From: an uncultured bacterium | Lineage (GTDB): Bacteria; T1Sed10-126 | Length of the DNA: 21,538 nucleotides | Assembly (NCBI GenBank): GCA_964566495.1 | Contig: CAZMIT010000020.1 | Coordinates: 1-21,538, forward strand | Reading direction: 5' to 3' | Part shown: positions 1 to 7,922 of the stretch, in pieces | Layout of the letters: every line of letters begins with the position of its first letter | Position numbering within the stretch: the stretch's first letter is position 1 | Notes under the pieces: generated by a model | The model's database searches: none | What the model was told of the DNA's origin: nothing | Seen by the model: the letters and a program-made list of their open reading frames with translations, nothing else | Position numbers and translations under genes: made by a program

Positions 1-261
1 ATGGGGGTTCTGCCCCTGCAATTTAAGGAAGGGGAAGATCGAAACAGTTTAGGCCTGAGTGGACGGGAAACCTTCAGTATAAAAGGGCTGGAAGAGCTGT
101 CCCCGGGGGGCTTATTAACTGTTCAGGCAAAAACTGATGAGGGAGATAAGTTTGAATTTGAAGTTCTTAACCGTCTCGACACCGAAGTTGAGTTGAATTA
201 TTTTAGGAATGGCGGTATATTACCTTACGTTCTGCGTGATTTTCTGACGAGCAGCGAGTGA
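1..261 (+). CDS. acnA: Aconitate hydratase A, C-terminal end (5'-truncated by window)
   Basis: MGVLPLQF...LGLSGRETFSI...RLDTEVELNYFRNGGILPYVLR matches the well-known AcnA swivel-domain C-terminus. Confidence 0.95.
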   Translation: MGVLPLQFKEGEDRNSLGLSGRETFSIKGLEELSPGGLLTVQAKTDEGDKFEFEVLNRLDTEVELNYFRNGGILPYVLRDFLTSSE

Positions 262-386
262 GTTTGAGCAATTGCTCAAGTTAGAAAATCTCCTGTTTTA
301 TTCGTGCACTCAATCGAGAGTGTACCGCCAAACTTTAGTTTGTAATGAAATAAGCTTCCAAAAATATTTTTTACAGGGAGAAGAAA

Positions 387-854
387 ATGAAAGTAGATAA
401 CGTTGATTTAAGTCCTCAGATGGAAAATTACGTGAAAGCAATTGCCCTACTGGCCGAACAGAATAAAGTTGTTCGAGTAAAAGAAATAAGCGAGCACCTG
501 GATGTCAGTACTCCCAGCGTTTCGTCGGCGCTTGACGTGCTCAACGAGGCGGGGCTGGTGGAACATGAAAAATACAGCTACGTTGACTTCACAGAAAAAG
601 GACAGAAAGTTGCCGAGGGAATTCAGAGGCGTTACCAGGTATTTTTTGACCTGCTGGTTGACATTTTGAAGATTGATCCTGAAGTTGCTCGTCAGGATGC
701 CTGCGAGCTCGAACACGCGGTCAGCACTGAAACACTTGAGAAGTTGGCAAGTTTCGTTGAATTTGTTAAAAACTGTCCCGAAAACCAGCAACCTCGCTGG
801 CTGGATGGTTTCCACGAGTATTACAACACCGGCGAGTGCGCCTCCCAGGATTAA
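387..854 (+). CDS. mntR: DtxR/MntR family metal-dependent transcriptional repressor
   Basis: ENYVKAI...VRVKEISEHLDVSTPSVS wHTH, followed by DACELEHAVS metal-binding/dimerisation motif; SD GGGAG upstream; no FeoA-like C-terminal domain. Confidence 0.9.
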   Translation: MKVDNVDLSPQMENYVKAIALLAEQNKVVRVKEISEHLDVSTPSVSSALDVLNEAGLVEHEKYSYVDFTEKGQKVAEGIQRRYQVFFDLLVDILKIDPEVARQDACELEHAVSTETLEKLASFVEFVKNCPENQQPRWLDGFHEYYNTGECASQD

Positions 855-868
855 TTCCGACTACCTCG

Positions 869-1774
869 TTAATTACAAAACTTCTCGCGTGCCTTTTGCA
901 ATTCTTTCGTGCTCTCCAGTAATTTATCCAGGCTCTCAAATACACCCATGTTGGTTATGTAGGTGTCTATTAAGTGTCCCGGCACGCTCTCAAATATGGG
1001 GTGGTTTCGCTTAAGTTTTTCTGGGAGAACCTCTGGCGAGGGGAACCGAGGGACCTCAGACAGTACCTCGCCGTCCGCCAGCTTCCAGACGTCGGTTACC
1101 ACCCGGACCGGGGTCTCCGCCGAGGAGCGCGCCAGCAGGCGTGAACCGGTCTTGTTCACCACTGAACCGTCCTCAAAAAGCACATCTGCCCCCATGTAAA
1201 GTGCATCTACCTTGGGTAAAAAATATCCCGCTTCAACATCGTAAGCAAAGGTGACGTCGATCTCCTCAGTTAAGTCTTCTGCCAGATCAATTCCCTCCCC
1301 GCCAGGGTAGGAGTGAAGGACAACGGATTTTTCGATATTAGTTGAGTTGAGCATTAATTTTAATACGGTGCTTGAACGGCTAAAGCTCATGACGTCATGG
1401 TCGTTCAGGTTTGCTTTTTTAGCAGCGTTAATAATATTTTCATCGGCTTTTTCAAGTCGGGCTCGCAGTTCCCGCAGGGCACTGCAGAAGTTTTTGTCAA
1501 CATTTTCCATCTTTTGGCCGGAGAAGCGATCCCAGAGGAGGTAGCCAAAATTGGTTACCGCTGCCATTTCTGGACGCAGACTGACAATCTCCCGACAGAT
1601 TTTTTCTATCGCGCGACTCCCTGGCGATTCGGCTAACTCCAGACACCAGACAAGAAGTTCTTCCAGCAGAAAGGCTGTTATCTCCCTTGAGCCTCGCGAC
1701 CGGTCTGAAGCGACTTGCTCAAGAATATCTTTTAATTTCTCTTCACCCGGTATTTCATCCAGTGTCTTATTCAC
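869..1774 (-). CDS. eIF-2B alpha/beta/delta-like (IF-2B family) sugar-phosphate isomerase-like protein
   Basis: Motifs DRSRGSREI, RPEMAAVTN, SFSRSSTV, GADVLFEDGSVVNKTGS and PIFESVPGHLIDTYIT; GTG start with GGAGG SD, overlapping the NUDIX stop. Confidence 0.85.
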   Translation of the reverse strand: MNKTLDEIPGEEKLKDILEQVASDRSRGSREITAFLLEELLVWCLELAESPGSRAIEKICREIVSLRPEMAAVTNFGYLLWDRFSGQKMENVDKNFCSALRELRARLEKADENIINAAKKANLNDHDVMSFSRSSTVLKLMLNSTNIEKSVVLHSYPGGEGIDLAEDLTEEIDVTFAYDVEAGYFLPKVDALYMGADVLFEDGSVVNKTGSRLLARSSAETPVRVVTDVWKLADGEVLSEVPRFPSPEVLPEKLKRNHPIFESVPGHLIDTYITNMGVFESLDKLLESTKELQKAREKFCN

Positions 1775-2189
1775 TGTTTACACTCCTCCAGACTTCAAGT
1801 AGTTTAGGGACTGTCTTTAGCTCTTTTATTTTCTTTGGTTTAACCCATCTGTAGTTGCTGTTCTCCCAGTTTAGATTTATATTTAGTTCGCTGTCTGAAA
1901 CAGGGGAAAATTTGAAAGGGAAAATTCTGAAACTTAATCCCTTCGGCGCTTCTTTGACTACCTTCAAAACATCTCCGCGTGCATCAAGCTGCAGTTGTTT
2001 TCGTTCGATTTTTGTCTCTTCCTCAATTTCTGTGTAGGCTTGCTGAAGTGGCTTATTACCTTCCCGAAAACCGCTTATCCCGGACCAGTAGCCGGCAAAT
2101 GTGCCAATTTGCTCACTGCGCTGTAAAAGCAAGACTTTGTTTTTACGGACGATAAATGAACTGACGACATCTTTTACTTTTTCTTTCAT
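1767..2189 (-). CDS. NUDIX hydrolase
   Basis: VVSSFI...VLLLQRS...YWSGISGFREGNKPLQQAYTEIEEETKI Nudix-box variant and LNWEN..YRWV. Start moved to ATG 2189, which has a GAGGAAGG SD. Confidence 0.88.
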   Translation of the reverse strand: MKEKVKDVVSSFIVRKNKVLLLQRSEQIGTFAGYWSGISGFREGNKPLQQAYTEIEEETKIERKQLQLDARGDVLKVVKEAPKGLSFRIFPFKFSPVSDSELNINLNWENSNYRWVKPKKIKELKTVPKLLEVWRSVNSE

Positions 2190-2250
2190 TTTTTTCCTTC
2201 CTCTTAACGGATAGCTCATAAAATTAATGGTACTTGTTTAGCGCCTTCAC

Positions 2251-2438
2251 TGTTATTAGAGGAACGTATGACGTCCCGGAAAACAAATAACGTCCCGGCG
2301 ATTGATCTAATGACCGTCATTGCGGCCTACGATCCGCAATCCATTTTCTTCACCTCCCTTTTCCCCCTTTTCAAGGGGGGGAAGACAAAGGAGCAGATTC
2401 CGGGTCGCGCTCCCTACGGTCGCTTGTTCGGAACGACG
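2251..2438. repeat. Composite REP/REPIN-like palindromic cluster: degenerate 2-unit type A hairpin 2251-2314, empty type A 2315-2342, C-run/G-run hairpin spacer, type B on minus strand 2396-2438
   Basis: CGTCATTGCGGCCTACGATCCGCAATCC and, on the reverse strand, CGTCGTTCCGAACAAG...CGCGACCCGGAATC; homologous to copies at 7730-7833 and 20615-20807. Confidence 0.75.
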
Positions 2439-2585
2439 ACCTGAGCGGCATTTGTGAGTATGCACTACACAGGTACACTTGATGAATGAGCTTACCAGAA
2501 TCTAATTTTAGCATATATTTCCCAGAAATAGGAACTTCACCACTCGTCTCTAAAACTTGACGCTTCCAGAATCTTTCAACGATTT

Positions 2586-2652
2586 CGTTATTGGCGGGAA
2601 CGAATAACGTCCCAAGGAACGAATGACGTCCCAAGGCTTGAAGCGGCCCTCC
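2586..2652 (+). repeat. Type A REP-like element with two tandem 19-bp units
   Basis: CGTTATTGGCGGG-[AACGAATAACGTCCCAAGG][AACGAATGACGTCCCAAGG]-CTTGAAGCGGCCCTCC; units nearly identical to those at 20628-20665. Confidence 0.85.
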
Positions 2653-2822
2653 ATCTGAAGTTAGGTATTCGGTTTACGTTAACCGCAGGGCGCCGGGAGC
2701 GGGGCGTTTGGGATAACCTCGTAAGACCGGGAAACACGTCAATCTCCTCTCCCCCGGAGGGGGAGGGGAGCTCCGGTAGGTTTTGGCAGAGCAGGGACTG
2801 GAATAAAAACCACTCATATTTT

Positions 2823-2831
2823 TGTTATACT
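2823..2831 (+). promoter_or_regulatory. Putative extended -10 promoter (TGnTATACT) for the DnaJ-class gene
   Basis: TGTTATACT about 35 bp upstream of ATG 2866 in AT-rich context. Confidence 0.35.
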
Positions 2832-2865
2832 TATGGTAAATTGTAACCAAAGGGAGGAAATAAAA

Positions 2866-3582
2866 ATGCCACAAACTAACACGCAGAAGGATTATTATCA
2901 AATTCTTGGAGTCGACGAGGATGCCGGCCAGGAGGAGATTAAGAAGGCTTATCGAAAACTGGCCCAGAAATGGCACCCGGATCGTTCGGACAAACCAAAT
3001 GCCGAGGAAAAATTTAAAGAGATCGGGGAAGCTTACGCCGTTTTAAGCGACGAAGAGAAAAGACAGCAATACGATCAGTTTCGTAAGTATGGCCAGTCTC
3101 CCGGCAGCTCTGGCTTCCAGTTCAATACTGAGGGATTTGATTTCTTTGATCTTTTTCAGCAAGCCACAGGTGCCTCTGGTTCCAAACGCAGGCGCTCTGC
3201 TCATGCCGCCGGCGATGCTGATTTTTTCAGCCAAATTTTTGGCGGTAATGGCGGTCGCGCTGGAGCCAGACGGAATTACCAGTGGTCCTCAGCTGGCGGT
3301 CCCGGGGCGGGGACCGCCGGCAGGCAGCAGAGGGTCTCGCAAGATGTGGAGATCAAACGACGCATTCCACTTAAACTGGCGCTTCTTGGCGGTAAATTGA
3401 AAGTGAAAACTCCCACCGGCGAGGTGGTCAAACTTAAAATTGATTCAGGAACACAGCCTGGCACTAAGAAACGTATACCAGGTAAAGGAGGGCGCGGTCG
3501 TGACCTGATAGTCGAGCTTGACGTCAAAATCCCCGAGGACCTCACCACTCGCCAGAAGGAGCTTGTCAAAAAGTACTTCTAA
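2866..3582 (+). CDS. DnaJ-class (class B, CbpA-like) co-chaperone, short form
   Basis: J domain KDYYQILGV...[15 protein letters not shown]...[15 protein letters not shown]-rich linker, DnaJ_C-type segment, no zinc finger. Start ATG 2866 has a GGGAGG SD. Confidence 0.92.
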   Translation: MPQTNTQKDYYQILGVDEDAGQEEIKKAYRKLAQKWHPDRSDKPNAEEKFKEIGEAYAVLSDEEKRQQYDQFRKYGQSPGSSGFQFNTEGFDFFDLFQQATGASGSKRRRSAHAAGDADFFSQIFGGNGGRAGARRNYQWSSAGGPGAGTAGRQQRVSQDVEIKRRIPLKLALLGGKLKVKTPTGEVVKLKIDSGTQPGTKKRIPGKGGRGRDLIVELDVKIPEDLTTRQKELVKKYF

Positions 3583-3631
3583 AAGTTTCTCAACTAAACT
3601 CTGAATAGTTAATCTGGCATTATAATCAGCC

Positions 3632-3667
3632 ATTCTCATATTCTTACGATCGTAAGAATATGAGAAT
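3632..3667. repeat. Perfect 36-bp palindrome (possible terminator, operator or cruciform)
   Basis: ATTCTCATATTCTTACGA|TCGTAAGAATATGAGAAT is an exact 18+18 inverted repeat with no spacer. Confidence 0.9.
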
Positions 3668-3708
3668 AAATGAATGTATTTGTTGACGTGTTGGTAGTCT
3701 AAACTGTT

Positions 3709-3821
3709 TCTGGCTGAATACCGATTATTGTTCCGGGGGCCGATTGGTACCGGCCTGAGCTGTCAGGGGAACCAAGTTTTCCCGAACGGGATGGAGAGGT
3801 AAAGGGATTTAGCTAGCCAGA
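3709..3821. ncRNA. Candidate structured RNA (long irregular hairpin), family unassigned
   Basis: Nested pairings by eye: CCTGA/TCAGG apical stem, TTGGTaCC/GGaACCAA, GTTCcGGG/CCCGAAC, CTGGCTGAAT/ATTTAGCTAG with G-U pairs. Confidence 0.35.
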
Positions 3822-3862
3822 TGAAAAATAAGTACGCTATACTGGTTGAGGAGGAGATTGAT

Positions 3863-4258
3863 GTGAGCGGGCGGATACAGTTCAACGTGAGCACCAGTAA
3901 TCGGACTGACGTCATAGATATAACAAACAAGGTAAATCAGAACCTGGGCAAATTAGACTTACAAGGTGGTGTAAACGTCTGGGTCCCCCACACGACCGCC
4001 GCCGTAACAGTAAACGAGTCGGCCGACCCCGACGTGATGCGGGACGTAACTGAACAGCTTGCCGACCTGGTTCCCTGGAATAATAATTACCAGCACATGG
4101 AAGGCAACTCCGCCGCCCACATCAAGTCTATTTTAACCGACTGTCACCAGTGGCTTCCCGTGCAAAATGGCAAGCTGGACCTCGGGCGCTGGCAGGGAGT
4201 ATTTTTTCTTGAATGGGACGGCCCACGAACTCGAAAAGTACAGCTTTACCCGGGGTAG
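3863..4258 (+). CDS. yjbQ: YjbQ / UPF0047 family protein (secondary thiamine-phosphate synthase enzyme family)
   Basis: PHTTAAVTVNESADPDV, HMEGNSAAHIKS and LGRWQGVFFLEWDGPRTR. Probable GTG start at 3863 after GAGGAGG SD. Confidence 0.93.
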   Translation: MSGRIQFNVSTSNRTDVIDITNKVNQNLGKLDLQGGVNVWVPHTTAAVTVNESADPDVMRDVTEQLADLVPWNNNYQHMEGNSAAHIKSILTDCHQWLPVQNGKLDLGRWQGVFFLEWDGPRTRKVQLYPG

Positions 4259-4381
4259 TAATTGGTCGATGTTAAAACTATGGTTGTCTTTTGTCCTCCA
4301 GAGAAAAAGACCCGGAATCTCGGTATTGGGAGGCCCAGAAGGGGGAAGCTGGACCTTCGCTCGCTCAAAAAATTCTAACTT

Positions 4382-4942
4382 GTGGTGGTTTTAGTGTTTT
4401 GCAAAAAGCTTCTGCACTTATGTTTGATTTGTTTTCTCCTTTTTCTCGTTACAGCTCCAGCTGGGGCAGATGAGTATCCGATTGGTTTTGGAGTCTGGCG
4501 GACAATGCAGTATCCGTCTGAAGAAGATTCTATCAGGGGAGTTCGTTTCAACTTATTTTTTGGTGTGAACGATGACCTGACCGGTTTTGACCTCGGCGGA
4601 CTTGTTACTTCTCCGCTGTTCAGTCTCAACGTCGTCGACGGTGATCTACGTGGATTTCAGTGGGGGATGGCCAATCGTTCCAACCGGCTTAGCGGAGAAG
4701 AGGGACGTACCGCAGGAATGCAGCTTGGTGTCTTTAACATTGCCGATGGCCGCGTTAGCGGCGGTCAGGTTGGTTTCTGGAACTACGCCGGTGAGCTTAA
4801 CGGTTTTCAAATCGGCTTAATAAATCGTGTTCGTGAATTAAAGGGACTTCAAATTGGTCTCTACAACTCACGTCAGTCGCCCGAGAGAAACCTGCTTCGA
4901 AGCGGTCCGACCGTCAGTCCCCTCTTGAACTGGTCCTTTTAA
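4382..4942 (+). CDS. Exported LA_2272-family surface-repeat protein
   Basis: Signal peptide ending APAGA; repeated G-x-Q-x-G-x-x-N units (GFQWGMAN, GMQLGVFN, GGQVGFWN, GFQIGLIN, GLQIGLYN); C-terminal PLLNWSF. Confidence 0.75.
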   Translation: MVVLVFCKKLLHLCLICFLLFLVTAPAGADEYPIGFGVWRTMQYPSEEDSIRGVRFNLFFGVNDDLTGFDLGGLVTSPLFSLNVVDGDLRGFQWGMANRSNRLSGEEGRTAGMQLGVFNIADGRVSGGQVGFWNYAGELNGFQIGLINRVRELKGLQIGLYNSRQSPERNLLRSGPTVSPLLNWSF

Positions 4943-5006
4943 ACAGGTTAATCTACAAGAGATATAGATTAACTATCCGTGGGGGCTATTCTGTACATGG
5001 TCGGGG

Positions 5007-7232
5007 TTAGTTGATAATGGCAAGCTTACCTGTTTCCTCTTGTCCGCTGTCCAGATCCATAAAGCGATAAAGGTAGAAGCCGCTGGCAGCGTGTTCCCCG
5101 GCATTATTAAGTAGGTTCCATTCGTATTGTTCCAAGCCGTCAAAGGCGTTGTCTGGATTTGAAAAGGTTTTTTCGCGGACCAGGCTGCCGTTAATCGTGT
5201 AAATTTTCAGCTTAAAGTTAGAGCTCCGAGTTTCTTTTAGTTGAAAACGAATATTATCATGTTTAGCACTTCTAAGGGGATTGGGGCCAACGGCAAAACC
5301 GTGAATCCCCAGGCGTTCAAGTCGGGTAAAGTCCTCTTCCAGTTCCTCTGCTTTAATGTCATGATCAGCGACTGTAAGCTCTCCACTGGTTGAACTGTAA
5401 CCGCTAAGTTCAACTGTTACATCGTAAGTATCCGAAACTACCTCCAAAAAGGTGACAAGGCCCTCAGAGTTAGTTTTGGCGCTGTAATTATTATTCTTCT
5501 GGCCGGATAAGTTAACTTTAGCCCCCTGCAAGGGATCGTTGTTATAGTCAGTAATTTTTAGTTCTACGGTTCGCATTTTTTTCATTGTGATTGTCTGTTC
5601 GGTGTCATCGACGATTGATATTTCATCCTCCCTGGTCTGGTAGTCACTCTTCTCAACCCGGTAATCCGCTTTACCTTCCAGGGTTCCTTCAAAGATAGCT
5701 TTCCCATCAGCGTCAGTGGTAGTTGTTGTGCCATCAAATTCCACTGTGGCCCCCTCCAGAGGATTCCCTTCCTCATCTTCAACTGTAAACGTTACAGTAA
5801 AAAATAGCTCGTTCAAAACTTTATCGAGGCGAATACTACGATAAGCAGGTTCATCGTCATGACGGTGGTCAACTACTGTATCGCCGCTTTTTATCAGGGC
5901 ATCTTTTATTTCTTCTACACCGAGGTTAGTGGTAGAACCAGATTGAAGCAGGGCCCAGGCGCCGGCCACATGCGGGGCGGCTATTGAGGTTCCCTGACTG
6001 ACTAAATTTTTACCGTCCGGTCCGGCCGTGGTAACGTCTACACCCGGCGCCACAAGCTCAACCATCGCCGGGTGCTGATTTGAGAATCCGGCTATTTCTT
6101 CCGTATTTTCAATATCTGTGGCACCGACGGCAATTACATCCTCAAGGCAGGCGGGAGCTATGATTTGATCAGATTCACCATTATTACCCGACGCGGCGAT
6201 GGGGGCTATCTCAGCGCTTCGCAGGTTTTCTATTGAATCTTGCAGTGCTTCAGAAATATTTTCGTCATCAGAATCACAGGTTGAATCAAAGAGTTCAAAA
6301 CCAAGGCTCATATTGACGGCTGCTATGTCGTGCTCATCCCTATTTTCATAGACATGTTCAAGAGCTTTGATTAGATCAGAAGAATGTATAATCGCGTCTT
6401 CACCGTCCTCATCTACATGTGCTATGTTGATGGAGAAAATATCAGCCCGGGGAGCGACGCCAGCAGAGAGACTATTTGTTGCTGTGCCAGCGGTGACGCC
6501 GCCAACGGTAGTTCCGTGAGGATCGGGGTCGTCATCAATCATGAGCGGAGAGCCGGCGCCGTCGCCAACCATCTCAGCTTCGTCGTTGGGACAGTCCCCT
6601 GCTTCCGGGTCGTTTTTTTTATCACCGGCACCGTCGGAGAAACAGGCCTCAGCAACAACCCGGTCTTCAAAAGCGGGATGGTCCTTGTCTAGGCCGGTGT
6701 CGAGAATAGCCACGGTCCAGTCCTCGCCGTAAATTTCCTCGTTGTCATGCAATTTTGCTGCTTCTATGTGGGGAACTGTTTCATCGAGAATAGGTTTGAG
6801 TTGAACGTCGGGGGAAACGGATTTTACAAGCGGATGGCGGGAAAGTTTTTGTAAACCGTTTTCGTCCACTTGCAGGCCTAAAGCCGGCACGGTATTTAAT
6901 TTTGCTGTTGTCCGGACGTTCTCGTCGGCCAGTTCTTTCAGTAAATTACTGCGGGCCGCTGTTATTCTGGCCCGCTGGCTTCGAACCCCCGATTGGGTTT
7001 GTATTTTTCCTTCAGGTTGAAAATCGGCCTCCAGTGAAACTATCACACGCACCTTATCTTCATCCTCAACCTGAGTCATCAGTGCTTGCAGACCGGCCTC
7101 ATTACTGTTCCGTCCGGATAGCGGGGAGCGAAGAGGAAGAGAAACCAGTAATAGCATTAGCGCTAATAAAATAGCTGAAAAGAGAGCCGGCAGTTTTTTG
7201 ATTTTTGTCTGCCAGAAAAATGGATTCTTCAT
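5007..7232 (-). CDS. Secreted S8 (subtilisin-like) serine peptidase with propeptide, carboxypeptidase-regulatory-like beta-sandwich repeats and a T9SS-type-A/FlgD-like C-terminal domain
   Basis: Catalytic triad VAILDTG, PHGTTVGG, GTSIAAPHVAGA; oxyanion AASGN; hydrophobic N-terminus after MKNPFFW (ATG 7232); C-terminal VGPNP...IYTINGSLVR...WNLLNNAG..AASGFYLY...TGKLAIIN. Confidence 0.92.
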   Translation of the reverse strand: MKNPFFWQTKIKKLPALFSAILLALMLLLVSLPLRSPLSGRNSNEAGLQALMTQVEDEDKVRVIVSLEADFQPEGKIQTQSGVRSQRARITAARSNLLKELADENVRTTAKLNTVPALGLQVDENGLQKLSRHPLVKSVSPDVQLKPILDETVPHIEAAKLHDNEEIYGEDWTVAILDTGLDKDHPAFEDRVVAEACFSDGAGDKKNDPEAGDCPNDEAEMVGDGAGSPLMIDDDPDPHGTTVGGVTAGTATNSLSAGVAPRADIFSINIAHVDEDGEDAIIHSSDLIKALEHVYENRDEHDIAAVNMSLGFELFDSTCDSDDENISEALQDSIENLRSAEIAPIAASGNNGESDQIIAPACLEDVIAVGATDIENTEEIAGFSNQHPAMVELVAPGVDVTTAGPDGKNLVSQGTSIAAPHVAGAWALLQSGSTTNLGVEEIKDALIKSGDTVVDHRHDDEPAYRSIRLDKVLNELFFTVTFTVEDEEGNPLEGATVEFDGTTTTTDADGKAIFEGTLEGKADYRVEKSDYQTREDEISIVDDTEQTITMKKMRTVELKITDYNNDPLQGAKVNLSGQKNNNYSAKTNSEGLVTFLEVVSDTYDVTVELSGYSSTSGELTVADHDIKAEELEEDFTRLERLGIHGFAVGPNPLRSAKHDNIRFQLKETRSSNFKLKIYTINGSLVREKTFSNPDNAFDGLEQYEWNLLNNAGEHAASGFYLYRFMDLDSGQEETGKLAIIN

Positions 7233-7369
7233 GTAAATCAACCAAAAATTTGATAGTTGCGAAACCTTCCAACGACATTCCAGACAGCAGGGTAGTGAGC
7301 CCAGACCTGAAAAACATCTCCCTTTCTTTTTCCCACGTGAAGGTGGGAAACAAAGAAAGGCGAGAGGAG

Positions 7370-7417
7370 GTATTGCCAAGTTAAGCCGCGGGACGTTATT
7401 CGTTCCCGATAATGACG
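7370..7417 (-). repeat. Type A REP-like element with one 19-bp unit
   Basis: Reverse strand reads CGTCATTATCGGG-[AACGAATAACGTCCCGCGG]-CTTAACTTGGCAATAC. Confidence 0.8.
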
Positions 7418-7729
7418 AAATCGCGGCAAGGTTTTGTTATATTGTTCATGCATAGACCGGTCTAAATTTATACCCCTTAATATTTTATCATAGCATGAGT
7501 GCAGTCTAAAAATCTAATCAGATTCTCAGAACTCACCACTGGTTTAGTTAATAGCAGTAGCGGATCAAGTTCGGTCTGCCTTGGTATTGAGCTGGGAAAT
7601 CGCTTCTCCTCTTTTTCCTCTCAAAGAAGGATGGTTTTTGTTTTAAAGGCAGAGAATTTTCAGAGAAAAAATCTATTATCAAAGGGAAGAAATTAGCGGT
7701 TTACTTACTGAGCAGCAGAACCGACCGAT

Positions 7730-7833
7730 GTCATTCCGGACAAGCCCCGCTGGTTCTCCAGAACCGGCTGGGCGCAGATCCGGAATCTATGGTCTCATGA
7801 AAATGAATTGCCGGATCAAGCCCGGCAATTACG
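7730..7833. repeat. REPIN-like pair: type B (+, 7730-7787) and empty type A (-, 7805-7833)
   Basis: GTCATTCCGGACAAG-[28 nt]-CGCAGATCCGGAATC, then reverse-strand CGTAATTGCCGGGCTTGATCCGGCAATTC. Confidence 0.8.
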
Positions 7834-7922
7834 GGGGGAGGGGCGGTAGGTTCTAACTGAGCAGCGAGCGTGGTTTCGCAGTTGCTCAAAAATAGATATA
7901 ATTACCACAAACCAATTGTGAG

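Noticed and set aside
303..325. CIRCE element (GCACTC...GAGTG)
   Set aside because: The spacer is 6 nt rather than 9, the TTA/TAA ends are missing, and it precedes mntR rather than a chaperone gene.
330..372. DtxR/MntR autoregulatory operator
   Set aside because: The region is AT-rich but I could not find a convincing TTAGG-N-CCTAA-type palindrome.
2599..2636. 19-bp direct repeats as a mini CRISPR array
   Set aside because: Units are directly adjacent with no spacers, there are at most two copies per site, and no cas genes are present.
2371..2976. Short minus-strand ORFs 2371-2634 and 2674-2976
   Set aside because: They are composed of repeat sequence or are antisense to the DnaJ gene, with no protein motifs.
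3733..3800. TPP riboswitch upstream of yjbQ (GGGG...CTGAG)
   Set aside because: It lacks CTGAGA and the CCTGAT...TAATNCCNGCGNAGG pyrophosphate-sensing half.
3709..3821. SRP RNA, 6S RNA, tRNA or c-di-AMP riboswitch assignment
   Set aside because: No SRP helix-8 CAGG-GNRA-AGCA motif or cloverleaf; too short for typical 6S; only fragments of the ydaO consensus.
7233..7696. N-terminal extension of the protease to 7379 and small ORFs 7102-7353, 7238-7453 and 7499-7696
   Set aside because: The extension and the 7102/7238 ORFs translate hairpin or repeat DNA, and the signal peptide begins after ATG 7232. ORF 7499-7696 has no SD or recognisable motif.
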